Below, in pieces: positions 36,959-46,381 of a stretch of 64,000 bases of DNA. A model generated the notes under the pieces. The model saw only the letters and a list, made by a program, of their open reading frames with translations, searched no databases and was not told the DNA's origin. The stretch spans positions 2,387,318-2,451,317 of the forward strand of contig CBDBKI010000005.1 of the NCBI GenBank assembly GCA_965206615.1, given 5' to 3'. The translations under genes were made by a program, and so were the position numbers. The DNA comes from Candidatus Azotimanducaceae bacterium (GTDB lineage: Bacteria; Pseudomonadota; Gammaproteobacteria; Pseudomonadales; Azotimanducaceae). How positions within the stretch are numbered: position 1 is the first letter of the stretch; each line of letters opens with the position of its first letter.

Positions 36959-37948
36959 TCACCAGAAGCCCGCGATCCGATCGATTACCCAGAAGCTCGC
37001 GACCCCGCCCAGCCCATAGGCGGCGACCCGGTCCAGATACCTGGCCCGCTCTTCCAGGCCGCGGTAGGCGAGCCACAGGAGCGCCCCCGCAACGCTCGCG
37101 AAAGCGATCTGGCCGGCCTCGATGCCGAGATTGAACAGGAACAGCGTCAGCGGCACGTCTCCCGGTGGCAGTCCGGTGTCCGCGAGCGCTCCCGCGAAGC
37201 CGAAACCGTGGATCAGGCCGAAGGCGAACGCGACGGCCCAGGGTGGCGTGAGGCGTCCGTCCCGCAGGCGCTCCCGGCGCGCGATCTCGACGGCCAGGTA
37301 GACGATCGACAGCGCGATGAAGGCCTCGACCGGAGGTCCGGGCACGCGCACCACGTCGAGGACCGTCAGCGCGAGTGTCAGGGAATGCGCGAGGGTGAAC
37401 GCGGTGATCGTGGCGACCACCGCTCGCATGCCGCGTACCAGCAGCAGGATGCCGAACACGAAGAGCAGGTGGTCGACCCCGGAGAGAATGTGCTCCACGC
37501 CGAGCAGGAAGCGTTCGGCGATGCCGGCGCCCGGTTCGGCGAGGGCGATCTCGGCGAAGGGCTCGGAGACGACCCGGGTGGTCAGGTTGCCCGCCCGATC
37601 CTCGATGCGCACCAGGACGTCTACGAGGCCGGCGCTCGCGACGCCGAGCACGGCCGGCGGTCCGGCCGCGGGACAGGTGATCCGCCGCTCGAAGGAGACG
37701 TGGTCGATGCGCTCCACGCGCCGCATCGGCGCGGCGTCGCGGCAACCCTCGGAGAAGGACAGCTCGACGCCGGGCAGTCCCGTGGCGTCCAACCCGGTGC
37801 GCAGCGTCAGCGCGTACGCACGTTCGGCCACGGGTCCGTCCGGAGCCGCCAACTCGCGCAATTCCACGATGCCCATCTGCATGTCATGAGCGTGCGCGGG
37901 CAGGCACACCGCGGCGGCGAGAAGCGGGGCCGCCCAGCGCGCAGTCAA
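36959..37948 (-). CDS. HupE/UreJ family protein (putative Ni/Co-type metal transporter) with N-terminal periplasmic domain
   Basis: Signal peptide with HAHD, GVEHILSGVDHLLFVFGILLL and several TM segments. Its ATG overlaps the upstream stop. Confidence 0.8.
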   Translation of the reverse strand: MTARWAAPLLAAAVCLPAHAHDMQMGIVELRELAAPDGPVAERAYALTLRTGLDATGLPGVELSFSEGCRDAAPMRRVERIDHVSFERRITCPAAGPPAVLGVASAGLVDVLVRIEDRAGNLTTRVVSEPFAEIALAEPGAGIAERFLLGVEHILSGVDHLLFVFGILLLVRGMRAVVATITAFTLAHSLTLALTVLDVVRVPGPPVEAFIALSIVYLAVEIARRERLRDGRLTPPWAVAFAFGLIHGFGFAGALADTGLPPGDVPLTLFLFNLGIEAGQIAFASVAGALLWLAYRGLEERARYLDRVAAYGLGGVASFWVIDRIAGFW

Positions 37949-38871
37949 GGCCGGGTCCGCTCGTCCGCGCGATCCGTGCCGGTCGCGGCGGCGGGCGCTT
38001 CGGCAAGTTCGACGTCCTTGAAGGAGGCGATGCGTACCTCGTACGCGTTGCGTATCTCTTCCAGGCGGCGTTCCCTGTCGCGCTCGATGTGTCCCCGCTG
38101 CCAGTCGAGGTGTACCCGTTCACGCACCTCCTCGAGCGGTCTCTGGCGCGGCGTGCTGTAGGTGTGGATGCGCACGGGATGCCAGCCGTAGGCCGACCGC
38201 ACCGGCCCGAACCAGCCGTCGGCGCCCGCGTCGGCGGCCGCCTCGGCGGCCGCCATCACCGCATCCCGGAACGTGGTGCCGAAGTCGCCGACCAGCCGTT
38301 GCGGATCGGGCAGGGTGAGCAGCTTCGCGCCGTGAAACGCGTCGTCCTCGACGGACTCTCCCCGGCGCAGGCGGGCGAGGGCATCCCCTGCATCCGCCTC
38401 TGTCGCTGCGCCTCGCTTGTCCAGGCTGAAGAACCGGTGCGACAGCGTCAGTTCGGCGGGGTCGCGATAGCGGTCGAGATGGGCCTCGTAGTACGCGGTC
38501 AGTTCCGCCTCTTCCGGCAGTTCGAGCGCGGCGAGGTCCGCCCAGGCGATGCTGAGTTTCTGCCCGAGGCGCCGCCGCACCACCGGATCGCCGCGGTCGA
38601 GACCGAGGGCGACGGCCTCGCGGTACAGCACTTCCTCCTGCACGCGCGCGGCGACCAGGCGCTCCAGTTCGGCTCGGGTGGGGGGACGCCGCCACTGTGC
38701 CTGCCATTGCGTGGCCAGCCGGTTCAATGCGTGGCGGTCGATGTCGACGACGCGGTCGCGATCCGGTCCGACCGGACGCGTCGCCTCGTAGGCGAGGAAC
38801 AGCAGCGCCCCGATCAGCGCGAAGTGCAGCAGGGGCTCCCGGGCGAGCCGTTGGACGAACGCGACCCCCAC
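37945..38871 (-). CDS. Parvulin-like (PpiC-type) peptidyl-prolyl isomerase domain protein, membrane anchored
   Basis: N-terminal TM segment (LLHFALIGALLFLAY) and a C-terminal rotamase-like GPVRSAYGWHPVRI. GTG start. Confidence 0.55.
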   Translation of the reverse strand: MGVAFVQRLAREPLLHFALIGALLFLAYEATRPVGPDRDRVVDIDRHALNRLATQWQAQWRRPPTRAELERLVAARVQEEVLYREAVALGLDRGDPVVRRRLGQKLSIAWADLAALELPEEAELTAYYEAHLDRYRDPAELTLSHRFFSLDKRGAATEADAGDALARLRRGESVEDDAFHGAKLLTLPDPQRLVGDFGTTFRDAVMAAAEAAADAGADGWFGPVRSAYGWHPVRIHTYSTPRQRPLEEVRERVHLDWQRGHIERDRERRLEEIRNAYEVRIASFKDVELAEAPAAATGTDRADERTRP

Positions 38872-38881
38872 GGTGGCCGGA

Positions 38882-41428
38882 TCAGCGCTTGCCGTAGCCG
38901 CCCACCCAGATCGGACTGGACCACGCGATCGCGTCGTTCATCTGGGTCACGCGCACGTAGTAGTAGTCGCCCTGCAGGGTCCCGGTATCCTCCAGGGAGA
39001 ACTTCAGGTCCCGCGGTCCTTCGGTGACGACGCGGCGCAGCACGACCCGATCGACCCACGGACCGATGGGCAGCTCCGCCGCCGTGCGGCCGTCCTCCAT
39101 GTCGGCCAGGCGGAGTGTGACCTTGGCCGCCGGTACCAGATTGTGCTGACTGAAGATCTGCGGCGCGCCACCGGTCTCCATCGCCTCCATGAGGTCGAGG
39201 TCCAGAGTCGCAGACTCGGTGACGTCGCTGAGTTCCAGGGCGATCGAACTGGTCTCGCCCCGGGTCTGCGTGTGGAACTCGAAGGCCCCGATACCCACTG
39301 CCTCGAACTCCGTCGCGGCGAGATCCTGGAAGTCCCGCGGCGTCGCCGAGACGACCGTGGCGCCGGACACCTTGAGCGTGCCTGCCCAATGGCGCCAGCC
39401 GCGGGGGTTGTCGCGGGGATGCAGGGGCAGGGAGGAGGTCTCGAACGTGAGCTGATAGGTCCCGTCGGCCGGCGCGTCGTCGCCCAGGGTCGCCACGTCC
39501 CGTTCCCAGATCACGGCGTCGTTCCGCACGACCGTCACGGTGTCGATGGGGGCCGTCCCGACGACGCGCCCTTCGATGCGGCGCGTCTCGGCGAACGGCG
39601 CGCGGGTTCCCATCTGCGCGTCGTTCAGGCGGAAGTCGAGCACGATCCGGTCGCCGTTGGTGGCGTATGCGCTGAGGTCCTTCATGGCGTCGAATAGCGC
39701 GTCTGTCGTGCGTTCCTGCGCGATCAGCGCGCCGAGGCCGCCGGTCTGGGCGAGTCCGCCGGGCAGGGGCGCCGAGTACCCGGGCTGGCTCAGGTGGTTG
39801 TCGCTCGCCGCCGTGAAGCCGACCTCGTGGCCGTGGCTCAGGTACATGCGGCCGAACCACTCGAACGTGCCATGGTTCGACATGATCTCGATGAGGGGTT
39901 CGAGCAGCGGGTCGTTCAGCCGGTACTCGCCGTTCTGGTGGGCGTGCGGAATGACGACGACGTCCCTCGCGTCGTGGTGCGTGCGGAGCCCCTGGTAGAG
40001 GTTCGAGAGTGTCGGGAAGAACTGTGCGCGGATGGGCATGCGGTCGTCCGGCGTACGGAACAGCACGTTGTGGTGCCCGCCCTGCCTGTTATTCACCGTC
40101 CACTCGTAGCCGAGGTAGGCGATGAACTCGCCTTCCTCCGTGAAGCGCCGCACGTTGTCGGCGAGCACGTTCCACTCGTAGTCGTCGAGCCAGATGTCGT
40201 GTTCCGAGTGCATGACGTAGTCGAGGCGCGCGTCGTCCCGCGCCCAGGTCATGAAGCGATCGGGCGTACCGATCCCCTCGGCAAAGCCGGAATGGCCGTG
40301 GGTATCGCCCCAGTACACGCGGCGCTGTGGGTCGTCCTCGACGAGGATCGGATTGGCTTCGCCGACGATGGACCCGTCCTGCGAGCGGATGGTGAAGCGG
40401 TACACGCCTGGTGCGTCGAGGGAGACTTCCTCGACCAGTTGGATGGCGTCGCCGCCCGCGTCGAGACTCCTGAAGGGGTCCCCGTTCAGCAGGATCTCCC
40501 AGCCTGGAATCGCTCCGGTGCCCCGGTTGTAGTAGCGATCCTCCGCGCGCACCGACAGGTCGAACGGTTCGCGCGTGGCGACCACCGAAGGCGCGAAGCC
40601 GTGCACGCCGGCCGTCTCGGCGCCGCTGACGATGATGTGCTGGATGGGCAGCGTGAAGAAGAGCTTCGAGCCGTCGAAGTCGAGATAGAGCGGCAGCGGC
40701 ATCCGGTCCGACGAGATCGTGGACATGCGCAACCCGCGGCTGCCGCCGGAGGTGTCGCCGTAGGTGATCGTGACGGTGTCGCCCTGGGTGAGGGTGCCTG
40801 CCTCCACGCGAAACAGGAGCGTCGGGAGGGCGCCCCGGAAACCGCCGTGCATGCCGCCGAGGGGGTGCCCGTCCGCGACGAACCGCACGTCCGGGTTCGA
40901 CGAGGAGATCGAGATGTAGTGATCGGCGGCGGGGTCCTCCGTCTGCCAGCGGCCGTATCCCGCCATGAAGTGGCGCGTCACCAGGAATCCCCCACCGGGC
41001 TCGATCGGCTTCGTGGCAAGGGTGTAGGTCTGCCGCACGGTGACGAACGCGCCGGCGACGTGGGGTCCGAGGTCGGCGGTCAGCGCTCCGATCGCCGCGG
41101 GTTGTTCGTCGAGCAGGGTGAACTCGCGCACGAAGGCGTCGACGGTAGCTCCGGTGCCGTCCGCCGAGTCGGGATAGGTGAGCACGGACATCGCGACGAA
41201 GACCGCGTTGACCGGCAGCGTGCCGCCGGTCAGCGAATAGGCGTTCATCCAGTCCCAGAGCACACGGACGCGCTCCTCGCGGGTGCCGGGCCCGGTCGAC
41301 TCCGCGGCCACGGCGCTCTTCAGCGCCTCGACACGCGCGCGCAGTTCCGAGTCGAGGTAGTCGTCCTGGGCCGCGGCACAGAGCGCCAGGGCCGTACACG
41401 CGGCCGCCAGAGTGCGCCTCATCGCCAT
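38882..41428 (-). CDS. DUF3604-type metallohydrolase with N-terminal extension (paralogue of 31863-34502)
   Basis: YWGDTHGHSGFAEG, HSEHD, GYEWT, GGHHNVLF, IPHAHQNGE, ASDNHLSQPGY. The start is taken at ATG 41428 (MAMRRTLAAACTALALCAAA). The track ORF extends upstream through a REP element. Confidence 0.65.
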   Translation of the reverse strand: MAMRRTLAAACTALALCAAAQDDYLDSELRARVEALKSAVAAESTGPGTREERVRVLWDWMNAYSLTGGTLPVNAVFVAMSVLTYPDSADGTGATVDAFVREFTLLDEQPAAIGALTADLGPHVAGAFVTVRQTYTLATKPIEPGGGFLVTRHFMAGYGRWQTEDPAADHYISISSSNPDVRFVADGHPLGGMHGGFRGALPTLLFRVEAGTLTQGDTVTITYGDTSGGSRGLRMSTISSDRMPLPLYLDFDGSKLFFTLPIQHIIVSGAETAGVHGFAPSVVATREPFDLSVRAEDRYYNRGTGAIPGWEILLNGDPFRSLDAGGDAIQLVEEVSLDAPGVYRFTIRSQDGSIVGEANPILVEDDPQRRVYWGDTHGHSGFAEGIGTPDRFMTWARDDARLDYVMHSEHDIWLDDYEWNVLADNVRRFTEEGEFIAYLGYEWTVNNRQGGHHNVLFRTPDDRMPIRAQFFPTLSNLYQGLRTHHDARDVVVIPHAHQNGEYRLNDPLLEPLIEIMSNHGTFEWFGRMYLSHGHEVGFTAASDNHLSQPGYSAPLPGGLAQTGGLGALIAQERTTDALFDAMKDLSAYATNGDRIVLDFRLNDAQMGTRAPFAETRRIEGRVVGTAPIDTVTVVRNDAVIWERDVATLGDDAPADGTYQLTFETSSLPLHPRDNPRGWRHWAGTLKVSGATVVSATPRDFQDLAATEFEAVGIGAFEFHTQTRGETSSIALELSDVTESATLDLDLMEAMETGGAPQIFSQHNLVPAAKVTLRLADMEDGRTAAELPIGPWVDRVVLRRVVTEGPRDLKFSLEDTGTLQGDYYYVRVTQMNDAIAWSSPIWVGGYGKR

Positions 41429-41492
41429 CGTGAATCCCCCCACCAAGTGAATGGCGAGAGTATAGCCCCGCGTGCGCGGGGGCCGGCTTGAC

Positions 41493-41570
41493 GTAGGGGA
41501 CGGGCTTGTCCCGTCCCGCGCCCAGGGCTTGCGCAGGTTCGACACGGGCGACGACAAGCGTCGCCCCTAC
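41493..41570. repeat. REP-like double-hairpin element, copy b (best-formed copy)
   Basis: GTAGGGGACGGG-CTTGT-CCCGTCCC, 28-nt spacer, GGGCGACG-ACAAG-CGTCGCCCCTAC. Confidence 0.75.
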
Positions 41571-41589
41571 AAGTCCCGCGCCCGCGGGA

Positions 41590-42219
41590 TCAGCGATCCA
41601 CGACATCGCTCGTGGTGACGAGGGTGACGCCACGCGCACTCCACTCGCGGAGCAGGGTGTCGCGGTCGTCTTCGGCGAGCGCTCGCACGGCGTCGACCAC
41701 GACGGCGACGGCAACGCCCGGAAAGCGGCTCAGCAGCCCTTCCACGGCATAGCGGTTGCAGACGTCGAGGGCGACGCCGTAGAGCACGACCTCCGAGACC
41801 GGGAGTGCTTCGACCACGGCTGCGACGCTGGGGTTCGTGAAGACGTCGAAGTAGTGCTTGTGGAAGAGGATGTCGCCCGCGTGGCCGGCAAGGCGGGAGA
41901 GGGTGTCGGACGGGTTGTCTTCCGGTTCCACCACCAGTGGGTCGGCCAGCGTGGTCTCGGGAATGCGTGCCTGCCCCGGGGTCCCGCGCATGCAGTGGGG
42001 CGGGAACGTCGCCTGGAAGTCCGGCGCGTCGGAGAGTTCGTCGTCATCGGTATCGTGGTTGTCGGAACTCGCCACGATGCGCAAGCCGCTGGCGTGGGCG
42101 TAGTCGGTGAGTCGCGCAAGATTGCCGGCGATGGTCTCGGCGCCGGGAACGTACAGCTTGCCCGCGGGGAGCATGAAATCTACCTGGGTATCGACGTCCC
42201 AGAACACGCGTGCGCTCAT
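41590..42219 (-). CDS. pncA: Isochorismatase-family hydrolase, probable nicotinamidase
   Basis: FWDVDTQVDF, PPHCMRGTPG, LYGVALDVCNRYA (catalytic Cys context). It is translationally coupled (ATGA) to the NAPRTase gene. Confidence 0.7.
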   Translation of the reverse strand: MSARVFWDVDTQVDFMLPAGKLYVPGAETIAGNLARLTDYAHASGLRIVASSDNHDTDDDELSDAPDFQATFPPHCMRGTPGQARIPETTLADPLVVEPEDNPSDTLSRLAGHAGDILFHKHYFDVFTNPSVAAVVEALPVSEVVLYGVALDVCNRYAVEGLLSRFPGVAVAVVVDAVRALAEDDRDTLLREWSARGVTLVTTSDVVDR

Positions 42220-43286
42220 GTCACGATCGCCAGGCGAGGATTGGGTCGGTGCGCCCTGCCGACCTTGGCGCTCGGACGCCCGTCGGTCTGCACGATGTCG
42301 GCGGTGAAGTCGAACGTCCCGTCGTTGGCGACCAGGGAAGAGCCGATCCCGTAGGCGTCCACGGGGACGGCCTGCGCTTCGAAGCGGCGAATGCGCTCGG
42401 CGTGGAATCCTCCCGACACGACGATCCGGACCCGCTCGAATCCCGCATCGTCGAGGGCGTTGCGAACGTTGTGCACCAGTTGCGGGTTGACGCCGCGGGG
42501 ATCGAACTGGCCCATCTGCGGAACGACGCTCCGGTCGACCAGCGTTCCGGAGGTGTCGAGCCGCACGCCGTGGAGGCGCGCGCCGAGGGCCCGGGCGAGT
42601 GCCAGCGAGGTGCCGACGCTGTCGTTGTCGAAGTCGACCAGCACCACCAGTGGGATCGACTCCGGCAGGTGTTCGGCGAACCTGCGCGCGGCGAGTACCG
42701 TGTCGCCGCCGTAGGCCGCGATCGCGGCGTGCGGGACGGTACCGAAGCCGGACCCGCCCCAGTGTGCGGCCTGCGCGTCCGTCGCAACCCCGGCGGCGCC
42801 GGCCACATGCGCGGCGTAGCCGTCGCCGGCCTGTACCGACCAATGATCGTGGCGTCCCGCGAAGTACAGCACATCCTTGGGTGCGGCCGCCTCGACCGCC
42901 CGGCGCGTCTGCGTTGCGACGCGGCTGCGCCGGGCCAGTACGCCGAGGTAGAGCGTTTCCAGGTGTGCGAAAACGTCGTACCGCCCTGCGATGGTCAGCA
43001 CCGTTTCGAAGGGCTCGAAGGCGTCGCCGTCGTGCAGCGCCCGCACCGTGAGCGCGGACCAGTCGTCGCTGGCGAGCTTGAGCAATGCCACCGCTTCGTC
43101 GGCACCGCCCAGCCGGCCGGCGCTCTTGCAGAACACCTGCATCAGCACCGCAGGCCGGTGTCCGTCTGCCCGCAACACCTCACGGGTACGCAGGAAGTAC
43201 CTGTCCGAATACAGGCCCGCGCGGATCTCGTCCACCGGTAGCTGGAATACCGCGGGGTCCAGGCGAGGCCGTCCGCTCGAAGACAT
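42216..43286 (-). CDS. pncB: Nicotinate phosphoribosyltransferase (short, QPRTase-fold type)
   Basis: YSDRYFLRTREVL, GTVPHAAIAAYGG, GVRLDTSG and VSGGF are motifs of the type II PRTase fold. Confidence 0.7.
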   Translation of the reverse strand: MSSSGRPRLDPAVFQLPVDEIRAGLYSDRYFLRTREVLRADGHRPAVLMQVFCKSAGRLGGADEAVALLKLASDDWSALTVRALHDGDAFEPFETVLTIAGRYDVFAHLETLYLGVLARRSRVATQTRRAVEAAAPKDVLYFAGRHDHWSVQAGDGYAAHVAGAAGVATDAQAAHWGGSGFGTVPHAAIAAYGGDTVLAARRFAEHLPESIPLVVLVDFDNDSVGTSLALARALGARLHGVRLDTSGTLVDRSVVPQMGQFDPRGVNPQLVHNVRNALDDAGFERVRIVVSGGFHAERIRRFEAQAVPVDAYGIGSSLVANDGTFDFTADIVQTDGRPSAKVGRAHRPNPRLAIVT

Positions 43287-43361
43287 GGGCGGATAGTGGC
43301 AGCGGGTCTGCCTATCCGCAAACGCTGGTGCCGGCGTTCCGACGCGCGGACACCGCCGGAG

Positions 43362-44399
43362 TCACACCCGGTCCGCGCCGGCTCCGCTGGCCAGCGGAGC
43401 CCCTCGGAGCTTCGGCCCCGTCGCCTGCAGGTGACAGGCGACCCAACCGCCACCGTCCACCATCGAAGGCTGCGGCATCTCCCGCTTGCAGACATCCATG
43501 ACGTACGCGCAGCGCGTGTGAAACGGGCAGCCCGTCGGCGGATCGAGCGGACTCGGCAGCTCCGTCGCCGGCAGCTTGCGGCGCTGCGCCTTGCGTCGTT
43601 TCTGCACCGCGGCGTCCGCCACGGGTGCCGCGGCCAGCAGCATTTCCGTATAGGGATGGGCCGGTCGTTCGTGGACCCGGTCGGCCGGCCCGACTTCGAC
43701 CAGCTTGCCGAGGTACATGACGCCGACACGGTGGCTGATGTGACGCACGACCTCGAGATCGTGGGCGATGAAGAGATACGCGATGCCGAAGGACTCCTGC
43801 AGTTCCTCGAGCAGGTTGATGGCCTGGCTTTGCGTCGACACGTCCAGCGCGCTCACGGGCTCGTCGCAGACGATGAGCCGGGGCTCGAGCGCCAGGGCGC
43901 GCGCAACCGCGATACGCTGACGCTGTCCGCCGGAGAACTCCGACGGGTAGCGTTCCAGGTGATAGGCGGCGAGTCCGACCCGCTCCAGGAGTTGTGCGAC
44001 CTTCGCGTTGCGCTCCGGTCCCCGCAGACCGAAGTGAATCGTGAGCGGCTCGCCGATGATGTCCGCCACGACCATGGCCGGGTTGAGCGACGCCTGCGGG
44101 TCCTGAAAGATCACCTGCAGGTCGCGGCGGAAATCGAGCATGCGGCCGCTCAGTTCCCGGACCTCCCGTCCGTCCAGGCGGATCGAGCCGCGTGTCGCGT
44201 CGACGAGACGCAGCAGCGCGCGTCCGAGCGTCGACTTCCCGGAACCGGACTCGCCGACGATGCCGAGGGTCTCGCCCCGGGCGATCTCGAACGTCACGCC
44301 GCCGACCGCGTGCACCGTGTAGGAGGCGGCGCCGAACACGCCCCGGCGGACCCGGAACTGGACGTGCAGGTCTTCGACCTCGAGCAGCGGCGGGCTCAT
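43362..44399 (-). CDS. Dpp/Opp-type ABC transporter ATP-binding protein (DppF/OppF-like)
   Basis: Walker A GESGSGKST, signature FSGGQRQRIAVARAL and a C-terminal oligopeptide-type Cys-rich tail. The start ATG 44399 overlaps the upstream stop. Confidence 0.9.
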   Translation of the reverse strand: MSPPLLEVEDLHVQFRVRRGVFGAASYTVHAVGGVTFEIARGETLGIVGESGSGKSTLGRALLRLVDATRGSIRLDGREVRELSGRMLDFRRDLQVIFQDPQASLNPAMVVADIIGEPLTIHFGLRGPERNAKVAQLLERVGLAAYHLERYPSEFSGGQRQRIAVARALALEPRLIVCDEPVSALDVSTQSQAINLLEELQESFGIAYLFIAHDLEVVRHISHRVGVMYLGKLVEVGPADRVHERPAHPYTEMLLAAAPVADAAVQKRRKAQRRKLPATELPSPLDPPTGCPFHTRCAYVMDVCKREMPQPSMVDGGGWVACHLQATGPKLRGAPLASGAGADRV

Positions 44400-46381
44400 C
44401 CCCAGCCCTCCGCCGGGTCGATATCGTCCAGTCGGGCGCAGCGTGCCGATCGGCCGGGACCGACCTCGCGCAGGGCGATGTCCCCGGTGGCGCAGGCTGG
44501 CCGGGCGTGCGGACAACGCGGATGGAAGCGGCATCCGTCGGGCCACGCCCACGCCGGGGGAACGCGCCCCGGAATCTGCGGCAGCGCGGCGCGGCGCGGA
44601 CCGCTCTGCGGCATCGAGGCGAGCAAACCGTTGGTGTAGGGGTGCGCTGGCGCGCGCAGCAGCGGTTCCGCGGCGCCGCGCTCGACGATCTGGCCGGCGT
44701 ACATGACCAGCGCCTCGTCGCACATGTCGGCGATCACGCCGAGGTCGTGGGTGATGAGCAGGATCGCCATGCCGTGCTCCTCCTGCAGCGCCGTCAGGAG
44801 GTCGAGCACCTGGGCCTGGATGGTCACGTCGAGGGCGGTGGTCGGCTCGTCGGCGATGAGGAGCTTCGGACTGCAGGCGAGCGCCATCGCGATCATCGCC
44901 CGCTGCGCCATGCCGCCGGAGAACTGGTGCGGGTAGTCGTCGGCCCGCTGCGCGGCGCCGGGGATGCCGACGTGGTCGAGCAGTTCGACGGCGCGTGCGT
45001 CGGCCTGGCGTCGCGTCATCCCCTCGTGGACGCGCAACGCCTCGCCGATCTGGTGCTTCACGGTGAATGCGGGGTTCAGGCTGGCCGCCGGCTCCTGGAA
45101 GATCATGCCGATCTCGTCGCCGCGGATGCGGTTGAGTTCCGCCTGCGGCAGGCCGACGAGTTCGCGTCCGTCGAAGCGGATCGAGCCCGCTGTGACGCGC
45201 CCGCTCTCGCCGAGTAACCCCATCACGGCCATGGCGGTCACGGACTTGCCGCAGCCCGACTCTCCGACGAGACCGAGCGTGCGTCCCGCGTGCATCTCGA
45301 ATCCGACGCCGCTCACGACGGTCAGTTCTCCACCACGGGGTGCGGGAAACTGGACTTCCAGGTCGGAAATGCGGAGCAACGGGGCTTCGGAGCCCGCGTC
45401 TGTCGCAGCGGTAGCCAGGGGCTGGGAGACATCCACCGGCCGCCGTCCCCGCCCGTTGGTCGGCCGCGCCTCGACGCGCGACAGCGCGTCGCGCAGTCCG
45501 TCGCCGAGCAGATTGAAGGCGAGCACGGTGAACACGATCATCAGTCCCGGCGGGGCGACCATGAACGGATGCTGGTGCAGGTAGTTCTGCGCGGTCGCCA
45601 GCATCGCGCCCCAGCTCGATTCCGGCGGCTGCACGCCGAGCCCGATGTAGGAGAGCCCGGCCTCCGCCAGCAGGACGTAGGCGAACGTCAGGGTGGTCTG
45701 CACGGTGAGCGGCCCCGTCACGTTCGGCAGCACGTGCCGCAGCAGGATGCGCAGCGTGGCCGCGCCGCTCACGCGGGCCGCATCCACGTAGACGGCCTCG
45801 CGCACTTCGAGAGCGGTGCCGCGCATCAACCGGAAAAACGCCGTGGCGTTCGCGATGCCGAGGGCGATCATGGCGTTGGTGAGGCTCGGGCCGAGGATCG
45901 CAAGTATCGCGATGGCGACCAGTAGCGCGGGCAGCGCGATCACCGCCTCGACGATGCGCATCGAGATGCGGTCCCACCAGCCGCCGAAATAGCCGACCAG
46001 CAGGCCGAGCGGCGCGCCGAGCCCGAGCGCGATCCCGACGCCCAGCGCCGCGGCCTTCAGCGCGACCGCCGTGGCGGCCACGGTGCGTGCGGCGGTACTG
46101 CGTCCGAGGTGGTCGGTGCCGAGCCAGTGCTCGGCGGAAGGCCCCTCGAAGGTGCGCGTCAGATCGATGGCGAGCGGATCGTGCGGCGCGATATCGAGGC
46201 CGACCAGCGCGATCAGGACGAGCACGGCGAGGTAGCCGGCGGAGGCGACGGCCGGCCGATGCGCCCGGAAGGCGCGCAGAAAGCGCTCGCGCCCGGTGAG
46301 CGGCGCGGCCGCCTCCGCGTCGTCGGCGACGAGGTCGAGGGCGAGGGGGGGTTCGCCCGAAACGGGAGCGCGCTCGCTCAT
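44396..46381 (-). CDS. Fused ABC permease (DppC-like) / ATP-binding (DppD-like) protein
   Basis: One uninterrupted frame. The N-terminal half has TM segments and the EAA-like region ([20 protein letters not shown]). The C-terminal half has GESGCGKSV and [15 protein letters not shown]. Confidence 0.85.
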   Translation of the reverse strand: MSERAPVSGEPPLALDLVADDAEAAAPLTGRERFLRAFRAHRPAVASAGYLAVLVLIALVGLDIAPHDPLAIDLTRTFEGPSAEHWLGTDHLGRSTAARTVAATAVALKAAALGVGIALGLGAPLGLLVGYFGGWWDRISMRIVEAVIALPALLVAIAILAILGPSLTNAMIALGIANATAFFRLMRGTALEVREAVYVDAARVSGAATLRILLRHVLPNVTGPLTVQTTLTFAYVLLAEAGLSYIGLGVQPPESSWGAMLATAQNYLHQHPFMVAPPGLMIVFTVLAFNLLGDGLRDALSRVEARPTNGRGRRPVDVSQPLATAATDAGSEAPLLRISDLEVQFPAPRGGELTVVSGVGFEMHAGRTLGLVGESGCGKSVTAMAVMGLLGESGRVTAGSIRFDGRELVGLPQAELNRIRGDEIGMIFQEPAASLNPAFTVKHQIGEALRVHEGMTRRQADARAVELLDHVGIPGAAQRADDYPHQFSGGMAQRAMIAMALACSPKLLIADEPTTALDVTIQAQVLDLLTALQEEHGMAILLITHDLGVIADMCDEALVMYAGQIVERGAAEPLLRAPAHPYTNGLLASMPQSGPRRAALPQIPGRVPPAWAWPDGCRFHPRCPHARPACATGDIALREVGPGRSARCARLDDIDPAEGWG

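Noticed and set aside
41429-41557. N-terminal extensions translated from REP elements (MSSPVSNLRKPWARDGTSPSP..., VGATLVVAR..., GRDKPVPY) here and in other small ORFs overlapping REP copies (e.g. 54254-54436).
   Set aside because: The same peptides recur wherever the repeat occurs, in either orientation, so they reflect the repeat rather than a protein. Downstream Met codons with signal peptides and SD-like sequences give better starts. The exception is SBP2, which is listed as a finding.
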